Shown: piece by piece, positions 1-10,817 of the stretch
How the letters are laid out: each line of letters opens with the position of its first letter
Numbering within the stretch: the stretch's first letter is position 1
Assembly: GCF_018977255.1 (NCBI RefSeq)
Contig: NW_024705338.1
Coordinates: 1-53,390 of the forward strand
Direction: 5' to 3'
From: Callorhinchus milii
Lineage: Eukaryota
Length of the DNA stretch: 53,390 bases
Translations under genes and position numbers: made by a program
The notes under the pieces: model-generated
The model's database searches: none
What the model saw: the letters and a program-made list of their open reading frames with translations, nothing else
What the model was told of the DNA's origin: nothing

Positions 1-607
1 AAAATGTGATGATGACAGCTTGGAGAGGCCTCCATCCAGCATTGGATTTAATTTTGGTTGACAATGATGATGAACATGAATCTCTCACGCGGCTTTGCCG
101 CCTGTTTACTTAAAAGACTCCCCTGAGCTGTATCGCCACTAGGTGGCACCATATCACAATTTACTCCAATTCTGGCAATATGTTCAGGAGATGCATGAAA
201 ACGTCGAGGTCTGCTCGCCAGAAGAGGGCTCCGGGAGAGAGTTGGTGTAGCTTTGTTATTCCTTCATTGCAGGAACGAAGACTACAGCGGTTGACTAGAT
301 GGTTTACTGTATTTACCGGGTAAGGTTGCCCTTTGGTTTATTGCCGACGCAACTCAACAACTTAAGCAAGATAAGCGGACTTCCTCACCGCTCGGAACGT
401 GAACCAACGCTCACGGACGGCGCAGTAACGAGGATATGCCCTCGCGGCTAGGAACGGAAACGCACCATCCTGCAGATCATTGCCAAAAACCTCGACTGCC
501 GCTGGGACATCCCAAACAATACAATCTCGGTTGGAATGTTTCCATTAAAGCAAACCGTCCTGGATTGTTTAAAACTAGATTTGAAGCTTTCGTGACTGCA
601 AGGATTC

Positions 608-802
608 ATATTCCTAGGTTTTTTCGGTAAAGTCACGTAGGTATAACATCAAAATTAATGAAAATAAAATAAAAATCACGACGGTCCCACCTGATGACGG
701 AGACTTGTGTTGCCTCCGCAACGTCGTGATTTTTATTTTATTTTATTTTCATTAATTTTGATGTTTTACCTACGTGACTTTACCGAAAAAACCTAAGAAT
801 AT
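608..802. mobile_element. Penelope-like terminal repeat in inverted (fold-back) arrangement
   Basis: Arms 608-683 and 722-802 are near-perfect reverse complements. The same tail (GAAACGT...ACTTTACCGAAA..CC.AGAA) recurs at 29244-29354 and 44275-44355. The loop holds a hammerhead core. Confidence 0.6.
688..728 (+). ncRNA. Minimal type I hammerhead ribozyme-like motif, core mutated (GCAA instead of GAAA)
   Basis: CAC-CTGATGA(691-697)-C-GGAG..CTCC stem II-GCAA-CGTC-GTG. Stem I is CAC/GTG, stem III is the palindromic ACGT, and the cleavage triplet is GUC. Confidence 0.55.
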
Positions 803-1249
803 TTGTTTAAACTGTTTCCAAAGACCGGCATGAATGTTCCATTTCTCTGTTAAATGTTCACCATTCATCTCCTCTGGTTCGTGATGGCAGACTACTCGCG
901 CTGTGACACACTGGGTGGGTGTGGCAGGACAAAGTGGCAAGCGAGTGGAGCAGAGGGAACGCCAACTAGTTCCCTTGCCAAATGAATCTCAACAAAAAAC
1001 CGCACACAGAGTTGTAATGTTCGGGCCTTTAATAACCCTTGAACAAGATAAAATGTACGTCTTGTTTGGGGCGATGTGTCAGTGGTAAAGGTCACAAGGC
1101 TTTCACAATTTGTTCAACGAATTGTGCAACGCAACAGTAAATTCCTCTCCACTTAGTGCAACAAGTGAATGATAATTTATTCCATCAGCGGTAATATTTA
1201 ACTCTTAGGTTATTTCCTTGTTGCCGTTGTTGTGATGGGAAATGAACAG

Positions 1250-1696
1250 AAACACATTCCTGCTGCGGAGGGAGCTGGTAGGAACGTTGGGTTGCTCGGT
1301 CAATGGCCTGCAGGGTCAACGGCGGCGTGGTGTATTCCGCAAATATGCCCGACTGTGAGGGGGGCACAAGCCGGCGTGAGTAGGTTAAACGTTGAGTTTT
1401 TAAAGGGCACCACGGGGTGACCAGCCCCTCCCCACCCAGCCCTCCCCACCCAGCCCCACCCTCCCCCAGCCCCCTCCCCCAGCCCCCCCCTCCCACCCAG
1501 CCTCCCACCCCAGCCCCCCCTCCCCACCCAGCCCCCCCCCTCCCCCCCCCCCACCCCCCCCCCTCTCCCACCCAGCCCCCCCAACCCCTCCCCACCCAGC
1601 CCCCCCTCACCCCACCAGCCCCCCCCCTCCCTGCACGACGGACGGACGGACACAATAATCCCCTGTGGGCTGGTGTAACCAGGAGGTTCTACCAGT
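1250..1696 (+). mobile_element. Non-autonomous interspersed repeat with internal C-rich (CCCAG/CCCCT) tract; possible Helitron-like 3' end
   Basis: A second copy lies at 47900-48063 plus 52455-52638. It ends with the hairpin CTGGT-GTA-ACCAG followed by CTAG|T (CCAG|T in this copy). Confidence 0.55.
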
Positions 1697-2047
1697 AACA
1701 ATGTTGCCAATTGCTTCGTTTTTATTTGGAAAGCCCCGGCTCTCCCGTGACGAGGTGGATCCGCACGACGATGTGTGTGAAGTGACTGTCATCGACAACA
1801 CGACGATGAGGTGACGACGTGTATCCCACCGGCGAGGGTGGTGAATGGTGTCGTGGCTCTGGGGGCGGAGGGGCGTGAGATGTGGCTCACATTCCTAATG
1901 ACTTGGTCAAGGTGCCACGTGCACGTGCATCTCACAGCGCGATTTGGGCAATTAGAACACACGACGGAATTGATTACACCTGCTTGCTTCATCAATTAAA
2001 GCCCATCGAGAATCAATTATTCTGAATGTGTTTGTGTGCATCGATTA

Positions 2048-2104
2048 GGGGCCGTCGTTAAATGACGTCACGCACCTGGCGTGACGTCATTTATGGACGG
2101 CCCC
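2048..2104. mobile_element. 57-bp minimal MITE (PIF/Harbinger-type)
   Basis: TIRs GGGGCCGTC.TTAAATGACGTCACGC nearly abut each other. TTA target duplication at 2045-2047 and 2105-2107. Confidence 0.65.
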
Positions 2105-2140
2105 TTAACTACTTTTCAGAGGATTTCACCACGGCGCAGC

Positions 2141-5115
2141 CGTGTGTGTGTAGGTGAGTGTCTGTGTGTGTGTAGGTGTGTGTCAGTGTGTGTGTAGGTG
2201 TGTGTGTGTGTGTGTGTAGGTGTGTGTCTGTGTGTGTAGGTGTGTGTCAGTGTGTGTAGGTGTGTGTCACTGTGTGTGTAGGTGAGTGTCTGTGTGTGTA
2301 GGTGAGTGTCTGTGTGTGTAGGTGAGTGTCACTGTGTGTAGGTGTGTGTCATGTGTGTGTAGGTGAGTGTCTGTGTGTGTGTAGGTGAGTGTCTGTTGGT
2401 GTGTGTCTGTGTGTAGTGTGTGTCACTGTGTGTGTGTGTCTGTGTGTGTGTAGGTGAGTGTCTGTGTGTGTAGGTGAGTGTCTCTGTGTGTGTAGGTGTG
2501 TGTCACTGTGTGTGTAGGTGAGTGTCTGTGTGTGTGTAGGTGAGTGTCTGTGTGTGTAGGTGAGTGTCTGTGTGTAGGTGTGTGTCACTGTGTGTGTAGG
2601 TGAGTGTCTGTGTGTGTGTCGGTGTGTGTCTGTGTGAGTAGGTGTGTGTCACTGTGTGTGTATGGACAGGTGTGTGTCAGTGTGTGTGTAGTGACTGTGT
2701 CTGTGTGTGTGTAGTGACTGTGTCTGTGTGTGTGTAGTGACTGTGTCTGTGTGTGTGTAGTGTCTGTGTGTGTGTAGGTGTAGTGTCCTGTGTGTGTGTA
2801 GGTGAGTGTCTGTGTGTGTGTAGGTGAGTGTCTGTGTGTGTGTAGGTGAGTGTCTGTGTGTGTGTAGGTGAGTGTCACTGTGTGTGTGTAGGTGAGTGTC
2901 TGTGTGTGTGTAGGTGAGTGTCTGTGTGTGTGTAGGTGTGTGTCTTGTGTGTGTAGGTGAGTGTCTGTGTGTGTGTAGGTGTAGTGTCACTGTGTGTGTA
3001 GGTGAGTGTCTGTGTGTGTGTAGGTGAGTGTCTGTGTGTGGTGGTGTGTCTGTGTGTGTAGGTGAGTGTCACTGTGTGTGTAGGTGAGTGTCTGTGTGTG
3101 TGTAGGTGAGTGTCTGTGTGTGTGTAGGTGAGTGTCACTGTGTGTGTGTAGGTGAGTGTCTGTGTGTGTGTAGGTGAGTGTCTGTGTGTGTAGGTGAGTG
3201 TCTGTGTGTGTGTAGGTGTGTGTCTGTGTGTAGGTGTGTCTGTGTGTGTGTAGGTGTGTCTGTGTGTGTGTAGGTGTGTCTGTGTGTGTGTAGGTGTGTC
3301 TGTGTGTGTGTAGGTGTGTGTCCTGTGTGTGTGTGGTGAGTGTCTGTGTGTGTAGGTGAGTGTCTGTGTGTGTAGGTGAGTTGTCACTGTGTGTAGGTGT
3401 AGTGTCACTGTGTGTGTGTAGGTGAGTGTCACTGTGTGTGTGTAGGTGAGTGTCTGTGTGTGTAGGTGAGTGTCTGTGTGTGTGTAGGTGTAGTGTCACT
3501 GTGTGTGGTGTGTGTCACTGTGTGTGTAGGTGAGTGTCTGTGTGTGTGTAGGTGAGTGTCACTGTGTGTGTGAGGGTTAGTGTCAGTGTGTGTGTGGGTT
3601 AGTGTCACTGTGTGTGTGGTGAGTGTCTGTGTGTGTGTAGGTGAGTGTCTGTGTGTAGGTGTAGTGTCACTGTGTGTGTAGGTGAGTGTCTGTGTGTGTG
3701 TAGTGTGTGTCACGTGTGTGTAGGTGAGTGTCACTGTGTGTGTGTGGTGTGTGTCACTGTGTGTGTAGGTGAGTGTCTGTGTGTGTGTAGGTGTAGTGTC
3801 ACTGTGTGTGTGTAGGTGAGTGTCTGTGTGTGTGTAGGTGTGTGTCACTGTGTGTAGGTGAGTGTCACTGTGTGTGTGTGAGTGTCACTGTGTGTGTGTG
3901 TGAGTGTCACTGTGTGTGTGTGTGAGTGTCACTGTGTGTAGGTGAGTGTCTGTGTGTGTGTAGGTGTAGTGTCACTGTGTGTAGGTGAGTGTCTGTGTGT
4001 GTGGGGGTGTAGTGTCACTGTGTGTGTGGGGTAGTGTCACTGTGTGTGTGTGGGTGAGTGTCACTGTGTGTGTGGGGGAGTGTCTGTGTGTGTGTAGGTG
4101 AGTGTCACTGTGTGTGTAGGTGAGTGTCTGTGTGTGTGTAGGTGTGTGTCACTGTGTGTGTGGTGAGTGTGCTGTGTGTGTAGGTGAGTGTCACTGTGTG
4201 TGTGTGCTGAGTGTCACTGTGTAGTGCTGTGTCACGTGTGTGTAGGTGAGTGTCACTGTGTGTGTGTAGGTGTGTGTCACTGTGTGTGTGGTGTTGTGTC
4301 TGTGTGTAGGTGTGTCACTGTGTGTGGGCTGAGTGTCACTGTGTGTAGCTGAGTGTCACTGTGTGTGTAGCTGAGTGTCACTGTGTGTGTAGCTGAGTGT
4401 CACTGTGTGTGTAGCTGAGTGTCACTGTGTGTGTAGCTGAGTGTCACTGTGTGTGTGTGATGCTGTGTGTGTGTAGCTGAGTGTCACTGTGTGTGTAGCT
4501 GAGTGTCACTGTGTGTGTAGCTGAGTGTCACTGTGTGTGTAGCTGAGTGTCACTGTGTGTAGCTGAGTGTCACTGTGGTGTGTGTAGCTGAGTGTCACTG
4601 TGTGTAGCTGAGTGTCACTGTGTGTAGCTGTGTGTGTGTAGCTGAGTGTCACTGTGTGTGTAGCTGAGTGTCACTGTGTGTAGCTGTGTGTGTGTAGCTG
4701 AGTGTCACTGTGTGTAGCTGAGTGTCACTGTGTCTAGCTGTGTGTAGCTGAGTGTCACTGTGTGTAGCTGAGTGTCACTGTGTGTGTAGCTGTGTGTGTG
4801 TAGCTGAGTGTCACTGTGTGTAGCTGAGTGTCACTGTGTGTGTAGCTGAGTGTCACTGTGTGTAGCTGAGTGTCACTGTGTGTAGCTGTGTGTGTGTAGC
4901 TGAGTGTCACGTGTGTGTAGCTGAGTGTCACTGTGTGTAGCTGAGTGTCACTGTGTGTAGCTGTGTGTGTGTAGCTGAGTGTCACTGTGTGTAGCTGTGT
5001 GTGTGTAGCTGAGTGTCACTGTGTGTAGCTGTGTGTGTGTAGCTGAGTGTCACTGTGTGTAGTGTGTGTGTAGCTGAGTGTAGCTGTGTGTAGCTGAGTG
5101 TCACTGTGTGTGTAG
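2141..5115. repeat. ~3-kb TG-rich minisatellite array
   Basis: Units of (TG)n-TAGGTGAGTGTC(T/ACT) grade into (TG)n-TAGCTGAGTGTCAC. The His/Thr ORFs over it are spurious. Confidence 0.95.
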
Positions 5116-5181
5116 CTGCTGCTGCGTGTGACGAGGTGGTCTGGCTCGACTCGTCACAGCGGCACTGTGACACTCCGCGAG

Positions 5182-5324
5182 ATGGCGCGCGCCAGCGCCT
5201 CGGCCACGCGGCAGACGGCGCCATGCGGCGCGCGCGTCCACCGCTGGGCACCGCCGCACCGCCCCCTCCTCCTCCTGCGCATTGCTGCTGCTCTCACGGC
5301 GGCCTTCTTCTACTCGCGAGTGGG
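5182..5324 (+). CDS. WNT7: Wnt7 exon 1 (signal peptide)
   Basis: ATG at 5182; hydrophobic LLLLRIAAALTAAFFYSRVG resembles Wnt7a ...VYLRIG. Donor GTAAGA at 5325; phase 2 matches exon 2. Confidence 0.7.
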
Positions 5325-5565
5325 GTAAGAGAGAGAAGCCGGGCTCGTCGAGAAGCCGGGCTCGTCGCGCGGCGTTGTGACGGGGGGGGGCTGCGGTGGC
5401 GATGTCGGGTCAATGAGTGGCAACGCGTCGCTGTGAAGATCGTCGAGGGAGAAGTCTGCACGCTGCTGCTGCTGCTGCGTTCGCTCGCGCTGGTCACGGT
5501 GCCGCCGGGCGGCTCTCCGTCCACGCGCCCGTCCGTGCGTCCGTCTGCCTGCCCGATGGCTGCAG

Positions 5566-5774
5566 GGCGCTGTCCGCGGACACGATCTGCGGCAAGATTC
5601 CGGGACTGACGCCACAGCAGCGGGCGCTGTGCCGGAGCCACCCGGACGCGATGGTCGCGGTCGGCGAGGGCGCGCGGCTGGGAATCGGCGAGTGCCGGCA
5701 CCAGTTCCGATTCAGCCGCTGGAATTGCTCGGCGCTGGGTGAGGAGACGGTGTTCGGCCAGGAGCTCCCAGGCG
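5566..5774 (+). CDS. WNT7: Wnt7 exon 2
   Basis: CAG acceptor and GTGAGC donor. Encodes [61 protein letters not shown]. Confidence 0.93.
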
Positions 5775-6539
5775 GTGAGCGCCCCGACTCGGCGTCAGTT
5801 CGGCAGAGGGGCGGACCCGCGGTGTGCGGTCACCCTGTGCGTCTCTCTCTGAATTCTAGAACTCGCAACGCGCCACGTTTCTTATTTATTTAAAAGTTTT
5901 TCATTTCTCAATCATGGGCAGTCCTCTGCCTAGAACAGGAAAAAAGAACAGGAGAAAGCATGACCACAACCCGAGCCGGTGATCCTGTTGTAACAACCAG
6001 TGCCTGCACCACTCTCCCTGACAGCAGGTGCACCGAGTATGAAACACGAGAAACACATCCTGCACACAACCTTTGAGCGAACAAGTTTACCGTCGCCAGG
6101 GAAGAAACATGAATCCGCCTACCCTCGCAGCGGAGGCCGTCCTCAAACTCTGTGCCACACGGGGGTGGAGGCCACCGCCATTTCTCATTTGCGGCGTCAC
6201 TGCCCACCATCTCTGTCTCCACCTACACCACCCTTTCCAACGGCCGACATGCAGGTGCCCTTAATCACTCTCCCGCGCGCCGCCCACAGGGCCGCCTCCT
6301 TCACGGCGCTTACGACGGCCCACGCCTGAGCCCAGACCTCCCCGCCCTCTGTCTGAACATCCCCCAAATATATTGGGCAATGTGGCCTTTACTGGACAAA
6401 AATGAGGCAGCAGAGGCTGACATAACTCCCACACCTCCCGAGCAAATGGGCACTGAGGGTGCGGGCCAATCTTCGGGAACACATGAACCGTCTTCATTCC
6501 GGCCTGTCCCAGGCCGCCAGCCAGGATAAATCCCGTTGT

Positions 6540-7660
6540 CTTTTCGTCAGGGCTGGCGATGTTACGTTTTTCTAAAGTAGTCGGTGCACGGCACCCCGTG
6601 CACCTGGCACCTCTGTACCAGCCTCTTGCTTAGACGTCTCCGCCAGGACGTCCCTGGGAATCCACGACGCGCGTGTCTGGGCCGGCTCACGCTTCACGAC
6701 GTGTTCGCTTGCCGCGGTGCACGACCACCCCTGAGGCCAAGCCACGGGGGTGCCAAGCCACCGCAGGAGCCACGCCTGCCTGTGCCGTATGTAACGAGGC
6801 TTCCACCTGGAGTCCATTGGAGAAATACAGGCGCAGCGTGTCGCAGACCAGGATCGTGGCGAGGGTGCACGTGATATTCGGGGCGCCCCTCCCACCGTTC
6901 TCGACGCTTTTATTATTACACATCGTTTCCCGTTCCACTCGGCCCGTCGCGCCCCCCCCCCCCCCCCCCCCCCACAGATGAACCTGAAGAACATTCGCTG
7001 CAGTCTTTTCGCCATTTGCGCGCCCGGCGAGATCACGTAGGCCCGGTAGATAAGTGCCGGGAGGATTTCCACCCTCGGGACTAACATTCTACCTTCCATT
7101 GGAAGGCGCCTGTCCGCCCGGCCGGCCGGCCCGCCCCTCACCGCCCTCTCCCTTCCCATCCAATGCTTCGTCGCCGAGTCCTGCCAACAGAAGCTGACCC
7201 CTAGGATCTTGATCCCCTCTCCCAGCACCGTTATACCGGTGGACGGCCCTCGAATAGCCTGGGGTCACTGAAGATCAGCATCTCACTCTTCCTCACATTT
7301 ACGTTAGATCCCGAGGCCAAAAATAATCTATCCGCGAGTCCTAGGGCCTCGTATACCGAGGAGACATCTCCACTGAAATGACGACATCGTCCATACACAT
7401 GGCTATTTTTTCTGGCTCCCTACACCCCTTTAATCCGCTGATTTCCCCTGACCGCCTGGGCAAAGGGCTCCATTCACAACATGAATGACACCGGTGACAT
7501 AGGGAGACACCCCTGTCGCACACCTGACCCAGTTGGTATCTCCTCAGAGAGGACTCCATGTATCAGCAGGCTGCCCGTGAGCTTATGATACAGCAGTTGC
7601 CTTATCCAGCCGATCAATTGTTTCCCTACCCCCATCACCGCGACCCCGCGTCTCCCCCCC
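6540..7660 (-). mobile_element. Degenerate L1/Tx1-clade LINE reverse transcriptase fragment in Wnt7 intron 2
   Basis: Broken frames contain GVRQGCLPMSP, MCMDDVVI (YxDD-like), IKILGVSF and ILPALIY. Confidence 0.7.
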
Positions 7661-7742
7661 ACCTCCCACGCGTCCCTGCTCCACCACCCTGCTGCTCACA
7701 CCGCCCCCCCCCCCCCGTGCGTGGGCTCCCCGACACGAGCAG

Positions 7743-8002
7743 GTAGCCGAGAAGCGGCCTTCGCGCACGCCGTGATGGCGGCGGCCGTGGCGTATGCCAT
7801 CACGGCGGCGTGCGGCCGGGGCGACCGGAGCTGGTGCGGCTGCGACGGCGCCAAGCAGGGCGGCTTCTACGATGCACAGGGCGGCTGCTCGGCCGACCTC
7901 AGCCACAGCCTCGAGTTCTCGCGCCTCTTCGTGGACGCGCGCGAGGTCCAGCGGAGCGCACGCACGCTCATGAACCTGCACAACAACGCCGCCGGGCGCA
8001 AG
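7743..8002 (+). CDS. WNT7: Wnt7 exon 3
   Basis: Encodes GSREAAFAHAV...CGCD...GGCSAD...FVDAREVQRSARTLMNLHNNAAGRK with AG/GT boundaries. 260 nt, lacking the W-K-W segment. Confidence 0.93.
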
Positions 8003-8161
8003 GTGTCAGCGATTTCCCCACACCAAGCACTCCTCCAGATCCAATCCAACGCAGGCGCTGAAAACAAAATCACCCCTCCCCACTCTCTCCCTCCCCCCCT
8101 TCCCACCCCCCATTATCCTACCTCTTCTCCTCGTCATTTTTCCGGCACAATGCTTATTTTT

Positions 8162-8370
8162 AGCTAAGGAAAGCTGTCTCGAGTGTGGACCAATTAACTT
8201 CAAGGACAGTGCATATCATTATCATCATCAGAGTTGTTTCTTTTTGTTTGCATTTTGACTGCTTGTGTTGTGGTTCTTGTGGTTCTTGCAAACATGTCAG
8301 TTTTTGTACCAGTTGAAAGGGTAAAAACCTATCACTATATTTTGCCACTGGTAAAGGAGGTGTCTCATAG
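8162..8370. repeat. Interspersed repeat family copy (unclassified)
   Basis: TAAGGAAAGCTGTCTCG.GTGTGGACCAAT.AACTTCAAGGACAGTGC... also occurs at 13047-13550 and 45868-46140. Confidence 0.8.
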
Positions 8371-8867
8371 TGTAAATGGGGTTGTTGCTGGGCTCTGGTC
8401 CAATCACACGGCCGGGGTATTGGGGGGCGGAGCCTGGTCTGCGGGGCGTGTGGGAGGGGCCACCGTTCACCTCGGCTCCAATGGGAGGCGAGGTGAATGG
8501 GGGCGGAGCCAGCGGGGCAGTATGGGAAGGCCGGATCTGACGATCCGGAAGGAGAGGAGTCAGGATCACATGAGGGGGAATGTATATTAGTGGGAGCCCG
8601 GAAGAGATCGGGGCAGTCGGGAAGTTGAGAGTCTGAACCACGCTGGGTGGTGAGAGATCCGCGCCATCGGCCACGTGGCCGAAGGTCCTCAGCACGCCGT
8701 CGGCCAGCGGGGTGCGGAGTGCGGGAGTAGAGGAGCTAACGGAGGAGCGTGCGTGGCACGCGAGAGGAGACGACGCTGGTCCGTGGAGGAGACCAGCGGG
8801 GTGCGGAGAAGAACCTAAATAGAAGACAAGCGGAGACCAGCAGTGGCTGACGGAGTCTTTTATTACA
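8371..8867 (+). mobile_element. Probable solo Gypsy LTR in Wnt7 intron 3
   Basis: Termini TGTAAATGGGGTTG...GAGTCTTTTATTACA resemble the LTRs of the 19377-22650 element. No clear TSD. Confidence 0.55.
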
Positions 8868-9104
8868 TGTTTGTGTGTTGCCATAAAGGCTCATATATTG
8901 GAAAACTCCAGCACAATTGCCGCTGGTGTAATAAAATTATTAAAGTCAAAGTCTGTCTCTGTCTCTCTGTGTCTCTCTGTGTCTCTCTCTGTCTCTCTCT
9001 GTCTCTCTCTGTCTTTTTGTCTCCCCCCCCCCCCACTTGTCCCCACCTACCTCCCCGATGCTCTCCTGCCCTCTCGTCTCTCTCTCCCCACCACGCGCCG
9101 CCAG

Positions 9105-9589
9105 GTGCTGGAGGAGAAGATGAAGACGGTGTGCAAGTGCCACGGAGTGTTGGGCTCGTGCACCACCAGGACGTGCTGGGCCACGCTGCCCCAGTTCCGC
9201 GAGGTGGGCTCCGCGCTCAAGCGCAAGTACGACGAGGCGGTCCACGTGGAGCCGGTGCACGCCGGCCGCTACCGCCACCGCTACCCCGCCTTCCTCCAGG
9301 CGAGGCGCTCGCGCGGCCACCGCAAGCCGCTCCACACGGAGCTCGTGTTCACCGAGAGCTCGCCTAGCTACTGCGAGGAGGACCGGCTGACGGGCAGCGT
9401 GGGCACGCGCGGCCGCCCGTGCAACCGCACGTCGCCGCACGCCGACGGCTGCGAGCTGCTGTGCTGCGGCCGCGGCTACGACACGCGCCAGTACACGCGC
9501 TCGTGGCATTGCAAGTGCGAGTTCCGCTGGTGCTGCTACGTGCGCTGCAGCACGTGCAGCGAGGGGCGGAGGAGTACACGTGCAAGTGA
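9105..9589 (+). CDS. WNT7: Wnt7 exon 4 (frameshifted near the end)
   Basis: Encodes [25 protein letters not shown]...SPSYCEED...[10 protein letters not shown]...[18 protein letters not shown]. The canonical EEYTCK-TGA (stop 9587-9589) is in another frame. Confidence 0.92.
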
Positions 9590-10226
9590 CGGCGGCGGCG
9601 GCTCGCTGGGAAGCTGGGGCCCCGACTCCTCCGCCGGCTCGATCGCTCGCCCCGTCGACTGTCGGCCATGGCCCCCACGGGCCTCGCCCCTGGCAACAAC
9701 AATCATGGCCGGACAAAAGTGTCAGCGGATGTCGCTGCCTGATGGCGCGGCTGTCGTTCCGCACCTCGCAGTTGCCCTCAACTCCCTCCCTCACCCCACC
9801 CCACTCACCACCCCACCCACCGCCACCCTGCGTGATTGCCGACGGGGTGGGGGGGGGGCGCCAGGCGGATCCCTGCAAGAGATCTGCAATCGGCTCCCGA
9901 GCCTGGGACAAAGTAGCCACCGAGATCTCAGCATGATGGGAGAGAGAGGAGGAGTCGGTGACTCGTCCACATTGCTCACCATGCCCTGCCCCTCCCCCCC
10001 ACCACCACCTCTGCCCCTCCAACCACATGCTGCTTCTCCCACTCAGATTTGCTGACCACGAGGACCCACAAGTTCTGTATGTCGCCGGCACCGAGTGCAG
10101 CATCTCCCAGTGAATCCCAGCGTCCCCCCCCCCCCCCGGCGAGCATTTCCCTCGTCGAACACGGGGGAAATGCGTGGACTCGATGATCTCGTGTTTTACA
10201 GGGAAAGGTGCGCATGGAAGGGCGGC

Positions 10227-10817
10227 AGATGGTCCAAAAATGTGTGGTTAAATATTTTTTGCATGGTTAATAACATATTTCCAATGATTACTAAGTGTGT
10301 ACCCCTCATCACGGTTGAAATTATGTCTGTGTTTGTAAATTTGGATGGCCTCGTATACAAACCTTTGATGGTAGCCAGAGGGTTTGCAGAGCACCTTAGT
10401 CTCGGAAAAAACAATATCATGAGAGCCCACCGCATTGTAGCAATGATCGGCAAAGGCGGAAGACTCAATTTTGCCGTGTTTCAAATCTTGCTTGTGCTCG
10501 CGGACACGATCAGAGACATGACGTTTCGTTTCCCCAATGTAACAATCACCACAGCTGCAACTCAGTTTATAGACTCCAGGGTATTGCAAGTCAGGGATGA
10601 CATCCTTCACAGATGGGCTCTCATGATATTGCTTTTTCCGAGACTAAGGTGCTCTGCAAACCCTCTGGATACCATCAAAGGTTTGTACACGAAGCCATTC
10701 AGATATACAAACACAGACATAATTTCAACCGTGATGATGGGTACAAACTTAGTAATCATTGGAAAGATGTTATTAACCATGCAAAAAAAGATTTAACTAC
10801 ACATTTTTGGACCATCT
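10227..10817. mobile_element. Penelope-like element 3' fragment (GIY-YIG endonuclease) with inverted duplication
   Basis: ORF 10248-10610(-) reads PGVYKLSCSCGDCYIGETKR...REH...EAIQI...NRDEG. 10227-10429 and 10614-10817 are inverted copies. Confidence 0.85.

Larger units (their letters stand above)
5182..9589 (+). pseudogene. WNT7: Wnt7-family gene, 4 exons, with disabling or unusual lesions (possible pseudogene or divergent paralog)
   Basis: The spliced product aligns by eye with Wnt7a/b throughout, with conserved intron phases 2,1,0. It lacks WKW, reads [10 protein letters not shown], and has a -1 frameshift at ~9564. Confidence 0.8.

Noticed and set aside
2349..4985. His/Thr-rich ORFs
   Set aside because: Translations of the TG minisatellite.
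5223..5324. Alternative Wnt7 start at ATG 5223
   Set aside because: Gives phase 0 at the donor, incompatible with exon 2, and no good signal peptide.
8946..10103. 385-aa minus-strand ORF
   Set aside because: Antisense shadow of GC3-rich Wnt7 exon 4.
10095..10796. 233-aa hydrophobic ORF with an internal repeat
   Set aside because: Antisense or off-frame reading of the inverted Penelope fragments.
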